A DNA stretch of 29,835 bases, taken from positions 1 through 29,835 of the IMG/VR virus record IMGVR_UViG_3300032218_001740. The stretch is one strand, 5' to 3'. This DNA comes from a virus. Its lineage: Duplodnaviria > Caudoviricetes. The first letter of the stretch is position 1. Each line of letters begins with the position of its first letter. The notes under the pieces were generated by a model that saw only the letters and a program-made list of their open reading frames with translations, searched no databases and was not told the origin of the DNA. A program made the translations under genes and the position numbers. This document shows, one piece after another, positions 1 through 7,800 of the stretch.

Positions 1-225
1 GTAATCGGTTAGTGGTTGATATCCACTGCAATTACCTGACTGCACTTGTTCCGAGGCAATTCCTGATGTGGTGTCTCCCGACTCCACAACAACTTGAATT
101 GCTTGCTTACAGTGGAACTCTTCTTGCAAAGAGTTGCCCAAAAATGAAATGATATTTACCATTCCAATAGTTGCAAGAACCAAGACAACAAGTGTCATGA
201 TCCTTCTGTACCAAAAGATGTTCAT
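1..225 (-). CDS. Membrane-anchored LysM-like protein (runs off the left window edge)
   Basis: Hand-translated from ATG 225 with AAGGAG RBS 5 nt upstream: MNIFWYRRIMTLVVLVLATIGMVNIISFLG...QVVVESGDTTSGIASEQ. N-terminal hydrophobic helix plus LysM-like VxxGDTxxxIA motif. Not in the ORF track. Confidence 0.7.
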   Translation of the reverse strand, partial: MNIFWYRRIMTLVVLVLATIGMVNIISFLGNSLQEEFHCKQAIQVVVESGDTTSGIASEQVQSGNCSGYQPLTDY

Positions 226-227
226 CA

Positions 228-293
228 CATCTCCTTCTTTGTTTTGCCCACATGGTTATGCAGGACTTGGTAATCGTCAAACTACCCATAAAA
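228..293 (-). repeat. Copy 1 of ~68-bp duplicated leader (two hairpins + AAGGAG RBS)
   Basis: Imperfect direct repeat of 897-965; lies immediately upstream of ATG 225. Confidence 0.85.
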
Positions 294-329
294 GAAAAAC
301 CCCCACCACACATAGTGCAGCAGGGGCTT
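291..329 (-). terminator. Intrinsic terminator downstream of ORF 349-894
   Basis: Minus strand GCCCCTGCTGCAC-TAT-GTGTGGTGGGGGT stem (with G-U pairs) followed by TTTTCTTT. Confidence 0.7.
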
Positions 330-348
330 CCTTTTTCATTAGGAACTG

Positions 349-894
349 TTACCAGTTTTCCAGTTCCTTGGCCAGGGTATGCAAGCCCATATTTTGCAGG
401 TATTTCCAGCTAGAATACTTGTCCATGTATTGGACAAATACGTAGCCATTACGTACCGCATAGGTATTGTTGGTTGGCCCAGCATATCCATCTGTATGTA
501 CCCATATAACGGATCCACTAAGATAGATAACAGTGTATGCACCATTGGTGTATAGAATATGGCCCTTGTTACGAGCTTCTTCTATCCACTTATCAGTGTC
601 GTATTTACTGCGCATGTTACCCATCTGGTCGCCCATAGGAGTAGCCAATAGCATGCTACGTATACTGTAGTACACACCCATGTCGGTACGACCTTCTTGG
701 TGCACTGGTGCATAGGTACGTGTGCCATCGAAGCCAATGATAATGTCGTTACCATTCCTGTCAATGATGTAGTACCCATTGCCCATATGAACAAAACGTC
801 CATGCTGACATGCGTCCATAACCTGCATGAGGCTATTGAACTGGATATTGCTGATGATTGGTGTAGATGATATGGTGGTCCCTGAGGACCGCAT
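349..894 (-). CDS. Hypothetical protein (181 aa), possible early gene
   Basis: ORF with AAGGAG RBS 5 nt upstream of ATG 894, followed by a terminator; no recognisable motif. Confidence 0.7.
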   Translation of the reverse strand: MRSSGTTISSTPIISNIQFNSLMQVMDACQHGRFVHMGNGYYIIDRNGNDIIIGFDGTRTYAPVHQEGRTDMGVYYSIRSMLLATPMGDQMGNMRSKYDTDKWIEEARNKGHILYTNGAYTVIYLSGSVIWVHTDGYAGPTNNTYAVRNGYVFVQYMDKYSSWKYLQNMGLHTLAKELENW

Positions 895-896
895 GC

Positions 897-965
897 CATC
901 TCCTTTCTTTTGTTGCCCACATCAGGTTGATGCAGGACTTGATAGCTTTCAAACTATCCATAAAA
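897..965 (-). repeat. Copy 2 of ~68-bp duplicated leader (two hairpins + AAGGAG RBS)
   Basis: Imperfect direct repeat of 228-293; lies immediately upstream of ATG 894. Confidence 0.85.
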
Positions 966-1117
966 AAAAGAACACAGATAGGGGGGGGATACCCCCGTAC
1001 CCTCGTTAAAGTTTTTTTATACATACACTATTCACTATTACCACCCTGAAAATTTTCCCCTATTTTTGAACCCTTATTGTTATATACCTGTATATAGGTT
1101 TACATAAACTTATACCT

Positions 1118-1154
1118 CCTCGAGATTAGAAATAAAACCCCCTCGAGATTAGAA
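1118..1154. repeat. 14-bp direct repeat CCTCGAGATTAGAA x2
   Basis: Exact copies at 1118-1131 and 1141-1154 in the divergent intergenic region. Confidence 0.9.
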
Positions 1155-1290
1155 TCTTCAAATACCATTCGCTCTCAAAAATTTTTCCCTAAAAATCCTC
1201 CCTAGGAGTTGCTAACACGTAAAACCGCTGATAAGTTATCTCTCAAGTCGGAAATGGCCGGCAAAACAAGACAGAAAGTAAACAACTACA

Positions 1291-1440
1291 ATGACTATAG
1301 ATCCAGAAGACATGATCCTAGAAACTACAGATACTGTAGAGACGTTCCTATCTGACTACATGAAGTCTGACTACGACTCATACAGATCAGCCTACGGTGA
1401 TACCGAATACGATTCAGACAACTACGGATACGATTACTAA
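1291..1440 (+). CDS. Small acidic Asp/Tyr-rich protein (49 aa)
   Basis: Hand-translated MTIDPEDMILETTDTVETFLSDYMKSDYDSYRSAYGDTEYDSDNYGYDY; fills the gap before 1478. Confidence 0.6.
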   Translation: MTIDPEDMILETTDTVETFLSDYMKSDYDSYRSAYGDTEYDSDNYGYDY

Positions 1441-1477
1441 TCGATCCTTATATACCAAATAGAAAGACCACTCACTA

Positions 1478-2038
1478 ATGACAAATCCAACAATGCCAAA
1501 TAATATAATGGTAGGCTCAGAGAAGTTGTTCAGAACAAAAGCTCCCTGGAGACTAGATAGTTCCTTCATAGGACAGCTATCTAAAGATCACAGATTATTA
1601 TTGTTTAAAACAATGTTTACAGACACAGACTACAAACATAACCTGAATGTTAATAGAATATCTAAGAAGCTATATAATATTTCACAGTTTAGTGAAGGAC
1701 ACTTAACGTTTATAGGACTGGGTCAAGATACACAAGTATTATTAGATCTATATACTAGATATGGATTTAAGTTTGATACAGCTATACTGATTAACAATAA
1801 TATACCAGTACACAAGCTGGACCCTTTACTTGATTCTTGTGCGGTCTATAACTTCTGGACTAAAGATATGGGCTTTGATAACCGTATTGAATGGGCAGAA
1901 GTAAACGAGTATGTAAAAACAAAAATTCCAGCTCACCTCTCGAACAGATTAGCTCTAGAAGTGGCTGGATGTTTAATATATGATAGATACGAACAAATGT
2001 ACCTTGAGAAGAATTACGCTAAGATATTATATGTTTAG
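1478..2038 (+). CDS. Hypothetical protein (186 aa)
   Basis: Long ORF. LTFIGLGQD loosely resembles a degenerate alpha/beta-hydrolase elbow (weak). Confidence 0.7.
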   Translation: MTNPTMPNNIMVGSEKLFRTKAPWRLDSSFIGQLSKDHRLLLFKTMFTDTDYKHNLNVNRISKKLYNISQFSEGHLTFIGLGQDTQVLLDLYTRYGFKFDTAILINNNIPVHKLDPLLDSCAVYNFWTKDMGFDNRIEWAEVNEYVKTKIPAHLSNRLALEVAGCLIYDRYEQMYLEKNYAKILYV

Positions 2039-2328
2039 TCTTCGTAGTCACTAGGATTGAATGTAAATACATTGGGAATCTCTTTAGCTAGTGATCTGAC
2101 AACATCTTCTTGAGGTTGTTTAGTCAAACTCACTAAGTCTTCAACAATTTCCCATTGAGCAGTAGTAAAGACGGCTAGAGTGATCTGGCCGTCTTCTTCT
2201 GTCAACACCGTTATAACAGAATCTTCCATATCAGGAATGTCGTCTAGACTAATTTGAAACTCCCCTGACGCACCAGTCATCTCACCAGAAACTAGAATTC
2301 TCTTCATTAGCTCTATGAAATATTCCAT
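2035..2328 (-). CDS. Hypothetical acidic protein (97 aa)
   Basis: ORF converging on 1478-2038 with overlapping TAG stops. Confidence 0.7.
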   Translation of the reverse strand: MEYFIELMKRILVSGEMTGASGEFQISLDDIPDMEDSVITVLTEEDGQITLAVFTTAQWEIVEDLVSLTKQPQEDVVRSLAKEIPNVFTFNPSDYED

Positions 2329-2365
2329 ATTGGGACTCTTTCTACTAGGAGTTGTGTATCAATTT

Positions 2366-2398
2366 AAAAAAAATAAACGCCCGATTTTTTGCGGCGCG
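2366..2398 (-). terminator. Possible intrinsic terminator after gene 2406-3144
   Basis: Minus strand GCGCCG-CAAAAAAT-CGGGCGT short GC stem followed by TTTATTTTTTTT. Confidence 0.4.
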
Positions 2399-2405
2399 GT
2401 TTTGG

Positions 2406-3144
2406 TTATGCAACGGATTCAGTTACAGGACCACGTGTTTCCTGCACAAATTCATCGACGGTTTTTGTATCAAGTGACTCTAACCAGTTAGTTAGATCAC
2501 CATGGTTCTTCATAGGAAAAGAATCTTTGACTCTTACAGGTTTAGTAGAAACTAGCCAACCATTTCTGGAAAATTCTTTATTACTCATAAGACCAGTAAG
2601 CGGAGCTCTTCCAAGATAAGCAGTAGGACTAAAGCTAGAAGATCCAGCTGATGTCGATTCTCCGGCATGTTCCATTAGGCTTGAAGCTAGTATATTTTTA
2701 AAACCACTTCCATATCTATTTGGATCATAAGCAAATACAGCTCCATCTTGTGGAGTTAATCCATAATGACCCTGCATAGAAGCAGCTGATATCTGAGGAG
2801 TAAGTTTTTCTACTCCGGCCATTGAGCTACCGTGAACTACGTCTTTACCATAATCATAGTCAATGTCTTCAAGTTTTTGTTTTACAAATCTGTTAAAATC
2901 TTGACCAATATCATCTATGTCATAGCCACCAAGTTTTTCGGCTTTTTTACCAACTGTCTTAGCTTCTTCGTACATTGCTTTTATTTGACCAGATGAAGGC
3001 TGAGCAGCACGAACTACTGGCTTCATAGATCTACTAAGCATAGCTTCAGCTGATGCTAGTCTTTTACCGCATTGATCCTTTTGGAGCAGATGCAACATGC
3101 ATCATGTCCATATACATCTTGCCGAATGTTGTGCCTCTACCCAT
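2406..3144 (-). CDS. Hypothetical protein (~245 aa) with a +1 frameshift at CGG 3069-3067
   Basis: ATG 3144 (GGGG RBS; TTACTAT motif upstream) reads MGRGTTFGKMYMDMMHVASAPKGSM-CGG-TAA. Skipping the C gives GKRLASAEAML..., the track ORF 2406..3098. Confidence 0.65.
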
Positions 3145-3181
3145 GATATCCCCAATAAGTTATTGTGTCTATAATAGTAAT

Positions 3182-3469
3182 TTAAAAATCTTCAGATTTG
3201 CGTAAATCGTTACGAATATCTTCTAAAGCTTTTTGGACTCTGTCTATTCTACGATCAAGCTTTTCTATAAAGCCGTTTGAGAACTTGAAGTTAAGGTTGA
3301 GAGACATAGCTGCACCTTCAAAGGCAGAATACTTAATGATTGCTCCTTCGCTACCAAACTTTAGTTTTTTCTCAGACTTTTCGTCTTTCTTCTTAAACTG
3401 ATAGACGTTAGTCTCATCTTCAGAGAAATATTTATAATACTCTTTGTAAAATTCTTCTTCATTGTTCAT
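3182..3469 (-). CDS. Hypothetical protein with C-terminal coiled coil (95 aa)
   Basis: ORF track; part of the overlapping leftward recA operon. Confidence 0.7.
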   Translation of the reverse strand: MNNEEEFYKEYYKYFSEDETNVYQFKKKDEKSEKKLKFGSEGAIIKYSAFEGAAMSLNLNFKFSNGFIEKLDRRIDRVQKALEDIRNDLRKSEDF

Positions 3470-3617
3470 GGTCTATAATCTCCGTCCATTTATCGCCACA
3501 TTCTCTACATTCAACGAATAGGCACTTTTGTTCTTGTTTCTCTCCTGGCTTAACAATAAAGTTAGTTGGCACAGGGCAATCTGGACATGGTTCTATGTTA
3601 AATTTGTTTGGCTGCAT
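3459..3617 (-). CDS. Small zinc-ribbon protein (52 aa)
   Basis: Hand-translated MQPNKFNIEPCPDCP...FVECRECGDKWTEIIDHEQ. CPxC...CxxCGxxW pattern; overlaps both neighbours. Confidence 0.7.
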   Translation of the reverse strand: MQPNKFNIEPCPDCPVPTNFIVKPGEKQEQKCLFVECRECGDKWTEIIDHEQ

Positions 3618-4584
3618 CTTTGATCTTGTTTTTTATCTCATTAAACAGTTCTGTATTCTCACGCAAGTTTGTTATTGCGTTCTCTCTACCTTGCGCAAAG
3701 AGTTCACCTTCTTGGTAAATCCACGCACCTTTTTGCGTAAAGATTCCTTGATCCACAGCCACATCAAAAACACATCCATGCTCATCTATTCCTTTTCCGT
3801 AAAATATATTAAATTCTGTTATCTTCATAGGGGGTGCCATCTTATTCTTGATGATCTTAACCTTAGAAGTAATTCCAATTGGGTTTCCAGACTTATCTTT
3901 AATATCTTCTTTCTTGCGAATGTCGATACGTACAGATGCTGCATACTTCAATGCCATGCCACCTGGGGTGGTCTCTGGATTGCCGAACATTATACCAATC
4001 TTACTTCTTAACTGGTTAATGAATATAATAAGAGTTTTGTGCTCGTTAGCTAGTCCAACAAGCTTACGCAATGCCTTTGACATCATACGCGCCTGTAAGC
4101 CCATCTGATTGGCTTCCATATCGCCCTCAAGCTCCGCCTTAGGGATCAAAGAGGCAACTGAGTCCACTACTACCAGACCGATCTCTCCGGTTCTAATAAG
4201 CTTGTCTACGATCTCTAGTCCTTGTTCGCCATAATCAGGCTGAGCTAAAAGCAATTCATCTAGATCTACTCCAACTGCTTGCATATAAATTGGATCAAGA
4301 GCATGTTCTGCATCCACATACGCACAACGAATGCCAAGCTTTTGCGCTTGTGCAACCACTGATAAGGCAAGTGTTGATTTACCAGAAGACTCTGGTCCAA
4401 ATATTTCTACTACTCTACCTTTTGGTAGACCACCAATTCCTAACACCTTATCAAGAGATAAAGCACCTGTTGGAATTGCGGGCCATTTTTCAAAGTGGGA
4501 AGAACCTAATCTCATTACAGATCCGGTACCAAATTGTCTTTCGATTTGAGCTATGGCTAACTCAAGTTGTTTTGATTCATCCAT
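3598..4584 (-). CDS. recA: Recombinase RecA
   Basis: LAIAQIERQFG; GGLPKGRVVEIFGPESSGKST (Walker A); DAEHALDP; VVDSVASL; GLQARMMSKALRKL; FGNPETTPGGMALKY; KNKMAPP. Confidence 0.98.
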   Translation of the reverse strand: MDESKQLELAIAQIERQFGTGSVMRLGSSHFEKWPAIPTGALSLDKVLGIGGLPKGRVVEIFGPESSGKSTLALSVVAQAQKLGIRCAYVDAEHALDPIYMQAVGVDLDELLLAQPDYGEQGLEIVDKLIRTGEIGLVVVDSVASLIPKAELEGDMEANQMGLQARMMSKALRKLVGLANEHKTLIIFINQLRSKIGIMFGNPETTPGGMALKYAASVRIDIRKKEDIKDKSGNPIGITSKVKIIKNKMAPPMKITEFNIFYGKGIDEHGCVFDVAVDQGIFTQKGAWIYQEGELFAQGRENAITNLRENTELFNEIKNKIKDAAKQI

Positions 4585-4846
4585 CTGTATATTCTACCAC
4601 AGGCACAGTGTCATTGATAGATTTAGACTCAATGGCTTTTATTTTATCTATTACCTTTGCTTTTGCCTGCTTTAGTTGCCAGCGCAATTCATAGTCTGCA
4701 GCAAGTGTTTTTTGATTAATTTGATCTAACAACCTATATAATTTTTCTAGTTCCAATTGTTTGGGGTTCTTTTTTTGCAAGGGGAGAACGTCTTTCGTGA
4801 TATACTTTGGGATAACAAATATAGCACAGAAGCACAGGAATAACAA
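4577..4846 (-). CDS. Hypothetical coiled-coil protein (start uncertain; TTG 4780 plausible)
   Basis: ORF overlaps the recA start; helical amphipathic sequence from LQKKNPK onward. Confidence 0.55.
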   Translation of the reverse strand: MLFLCFCAIFVIPKYITKDVLPLQKKNPKQLELEKLYRLLDQINQKTLAADYELRWQLKQAKAKVIDKIKAIESKSINDTVPVVEYTDG

Positions 4847-4849
4847 AAC

Positions 4850-4999
4850 ATGAAAAAAGTAGAGTTCGATCTTGACTATGTCAGAGCAGTAAAACTATTG
4901 AAGACAAAGATTAACACTCCGTATGACTTGATTAGATACTGGGCATTCAGTGGTCCTTGTTTAGAGCCACATCCTGAAATAGAAGATATTCCTGAGTAG
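4850..4999 (+). CDS. Small hypothetical protein (49 aa)
   Basis: Hand-translated MKKVEFDLDYVRAVKLLKTKINTPYDLIRYWAFSGPCLEPHPEIEDIPE; AGGA upstream. Confidence 0.55.
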   Translation: MKKVEFDLDYVRAVKLLKTKINTPYDLIRYWAFSGPCLEPHPEIEDIPE

Positions 5000-5002
5000 G
5001 AT

Positions 5003-5033
5003 TTGACAAGCACTGTGTAGTGGGGTGTATAAT
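5003..5033 (+). promoter_or_regulatory. Sigma70-type promoter TTGACA-N19-TATAAT
   Basis: Perfect -35 (5003-5008) and -10 (5028-5033) hexamers with a 19-nt spacer. Confidence 0.6.
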
Positions 5034-5184
5034 CTGTATACAGCAGCCTTTTCTAAACTATGGGTTAGCCGTAGATGACAAAGCATACACGTTAGTTTAA
5101 TAATACTACGTGTATCACTACACTATACGAGTGCTTAAAATTATTTTTAAGTTACTATAGGTTTAACAACCTAGGAGTCAGTGT

Positions 5185-6664
5185 ATGAGAATATATCAAA
5201 TATTCTTTCCAGAATTAGCAACGTATGTTAAGTTTAAAGTTTTGGACCCAGAAGAGATCCAGAGTTTCTTATCAACATGCCATAAAGTTGAAACTGAATT
5301 AGAATTTAAAAAATTTAAGAAGAATGTTATTGAGCATTTTATTTTTAATTTAAAGAATGAAATCTCTGAATGCCTACGAGCAATGTCACGTAAATCCGCT
5401 GAGAAATGCCTAGATGCAGCATATGCTGGTTGCGTGATGTTAAACCCAGGCCTAGACATAGACCGGATGGATCAACATTGCCTACGATGCACCAATGCAT
5501 ATTAATCCATTTCTATTTGATGATGATGACGATTTAGTTTCTAATGCTTTTTTGGATACAATTAAAAACTTTAGAGGCAAATTTCCAAAAGTAGACGAAA
5601 ATGACCTACCAGTTTCAAATAATGCTAAAGAAAAAACAGTAGTTAAGCCTAAACAGATTACTAAACAAAAGTTTCTTGGCTTAGAACCTTATCTTAAAAA
5701 TAATATTATTGGTCAAGAGAATGCGGTTAATGCTCTAATAAGTGCTTTAAGAAGATCTCAAACTGGATTACATGATCCAGATAGACCATTGGGCGTTTTT
5801 TTATTTGCCGGATCTTCTGGAGTTGGAAAAACCCATTTGGCTAATGCGTTACATAGATATCTATTTGGGTTAGACTATCCAATGGTGAGAATCGACTGTG
5901 GAGAGTTTCAGCATAAGCATGAGAACCAAAAACTAATAGGTTCTCCTCCCGGATACGTTGGTCATGATGAAGGTGGACAATTAGTTAATTTAGTTAAAAA
6001 ATATCCATCAACCGTTGTTTTATTAGACGAAGTAGAAAAAGCACATCCAGACTTATGGAATACTTTTTTAAGAGTTTTTGACGATGGAGTATTAACTGAC
6101 GGTAAAGGTGAGATTGTAGATTTTAAAAATACAATTATTATCATGACTACAAATCTTGGAAATGATAAAACATCGGAACACTTGCTTTCCGGTGGAGCTG
6201 GCTTTACCAATAATGTTAATTACAAGACTGGGACAAGAATAGTACCAAGTAGGTCAATTGTTGAGCGCAATACAAATGACGCAGTTAAAAAACATTTTAA
6301 ACCAGAATTTTTAAATAGAATAGACAAAACTGTTATATTTAATTATTTATCAGATGAAGATTGTTTAAAGATAGCCCAGTTAGAAATGTCGGTAATAGCT
6401 GATAAGCTTTCTAAAAAAGGTTTTTCAATGCAATACAATGACAACGTTATTTTGGGTTTAATAGAGGAGGGCATAGACTCCATTAAGGGAGCCAGAGGAT
6501 TGGCTCAAATAAGAAGAGATAAAATAGAATCTCAGCTAGCAGAATCAATAATGGACAACCCATCTCCTAGGGGTTCTATATTTCAAATAGACTATGAAGA
6601 TTCTATATTTAAGTTTAATATTATTAAGCCATCTAAAAAACAGGACTTAATAAAAGAAGTATAG
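5185..6664 (+). CDS. ClpA/ClpB-family AAA+ ATPase (D2 domain only, unrecognised N-terminus; ~492 aa) with a +1 frameshift at CGG 5464-5466
   Basis: AGGAG RBS. Motifs GVFLFAGSSGVGKT, LIGSPPGYVGHDEGGQL, VVLLDEVEKAHPD, FKPEFLNRID. Track ORFs 5185..5505 and 5495..6664 join as ...LNPGLDID-GWINIAYDAPMHINPF. Confidence 0.85.
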
Positions 6665-6704
6665 TTACTATTTAGAGTTAGATAGTCTAAATTGGGAGAC
6701 AATA

Positions 6705-6896
6705 ATGAAAGTTTCAGGCATATCAAGTGGTGCTAAAGGTTTATTGCCAACTGTAAAAAGTGGAATAAAGAGCATGGGATATAAAAAAGGTGCTGCCGTT
6801 GCTGCTGGTGTAGTTGGCGCAGGGGCTCTTATGAAAAGAAGAAAATCTGGATTAGACAAGATGCCAGGAAGACCAACTGGAATAAGGAACTATTAA
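6705..6896 (+). CDS. Small basic Gly/Ala-rich protein with a hydrophobic segment (63 aa)
   Basis: GGAG RBS; AAVAAGVVGAGALM flanked by Lys/Arg. Confidence 0.75.
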   Translation: MKVSGISSGAKGLLPTVKSGIKSMGYKKGAAVAAGVVGAGALMKRRKSGLDKMPGRPTGIRNY

Positions 6897-6897
6897 A

Positions 6898-7212
6898 ATG
6901 GGTAAAATCAATTCAATGTATGGTTCTATCGGTTCTATGGCTACTAAGTTTTTGCATGGTAGCAATTATATTAGTCCCGCTGTAAAAGCAGCTCAGCAAG
7001 CAGTTAGAAATGCTCCAGCAGGTGGAGGAAGTGCAGCTATGGGTGCATTCTTTGCAGCAAAAAAAGGTATGCATACCGCAACTGGTAAAAAAGTAGTTGG
7101 AGGCGCTGCCGCAATGGCACTCATGGGAAGAGCAAACAGAAAACGTCCAGTAGGTGGATATAATCCAAGAAGACCAGTTATGCCCGTGCCTCAAAATGGA
7201 AAGCGCATGTAA
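6898..7212 (+). CDS. Basic Gly/Ala-rich protein (104 aa)
   Basis: Tightly packed in the operon; composition resembles neighbouring Gly/Ala-rich proteins. Confidence 0.75.
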   Translation: MGKINSMYGSIGSMATKFLHGSNYISPAVKAAQQAVRNAPAGGGSAAMGAFFAAKKGMHTATGKKVVGGAAAMALMGRANRKRPVGGYNPRRPVMPVPQNGKRM

Positions 7213-7213
7213 T

Positions 7214-7624
7214 ATGACTAATTGGGAAAGTTTTATCAATGAATCAGGCGATTTTGAATTACCCAATTTTTTGTATAGAACTATTAATGATTTAATGAAA
7301 CAATCCTTGGATATGGGAACACTATTGTCTAGCGACCAACATAAGCTACGAGCCTATAAAGAGCAAACTAAAAAAATGTTTAAATCACGTTGGTTTGAAA
7401 TAGCTAAAGCTCTTGAATTTTTTAATATAATAGACCCGTGCATTTGTTCCTTGAGCGAAAAAGAACTATACTGTGATGTTTGCAAAGGTGCAAGGTTCAT
7501 AATCAATTCAACATTAACAGCTGACGAAATGAAAGAAATTGGTTTCTTTATCAATGCAGCAGATAATTTAGAAATAGTTAATAAGCTTCAAAAAAGTCTT
7601 AACGAAATATTGATGGATCGTTAA
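7214..7624 (+). CDS. Hypothetical Cys-cluster (zinc-binding) protein
   Basis: Start re-assigned to ATG 7214, immediately after the previous stop; PCICS...CDVCKG motif. Confidence 0.75.
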   Translation: MTNWESFINESGDFELPNFLYRTINDLMKQSLDMGTLLSSDQHKLRAYKEQTKKMFKSRWFEIAKALEFFNIIDPCICSLSEKELYCDVCKGARFIINSTLTADEMKEIGFFINAADNLEIVNKLQKSLNEILMDR

Positions 7625-7626
7625 AT

Positions 7627-7800
7627 GTGTTATGTCCAAGGTGTGATTCTAAACTAGAAAACATCGTAGAGTTCTTTATAGAAGAACCTGAATTTATATA
7701 TACAAAAGAATATTATTGTACTAAATGTAAAAGTTCTATGATAGAACATTTTGATAACAATGGTTTCTATGCAACAGAGTGGATTGATTTTAATGTCTAA
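7627..7800 (+). CDS. Small zinc-ribbon protein (57 aa)
   Basis: GTG start; MLCPRCDSKL...YYCTKCKSS...; fills the gap between flanking genes. Confidence 0.7.
   Translation: MLCPRCDSKLENIVEFFIEEPEFIYTKEYYCTKCKSSMIEHFDNNGFYATEWIDFNV

Noticed and set aside
582-920. Alternative-frame ORF of 112 aa
   Set aside because: Overlaps the better ORF 349-894 and has atypical composition; kept only as a possible +1 shift product.
228-1154. CRISPR array or IS ends
   Set aside because: Only two copies of each repeat, no regular spacers, and no cas or transposase gene.
4785-4797. LexA/SOS box upstream of the recA operon (AGAACGTCTTTCG)
   Set aside because: Spacer is 3 nt rather than GAAC-N4-GTTC, and one half-site is mismatched.
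5034-5184. tRNA gene in intergenic gaps (relevant to the CGG hypothesis)
   Set aside because: No cloverleaf or T-loop GTTCRA pattern recognisable here or in other gaps; any suppressor tRNA would have to lie outside the window.
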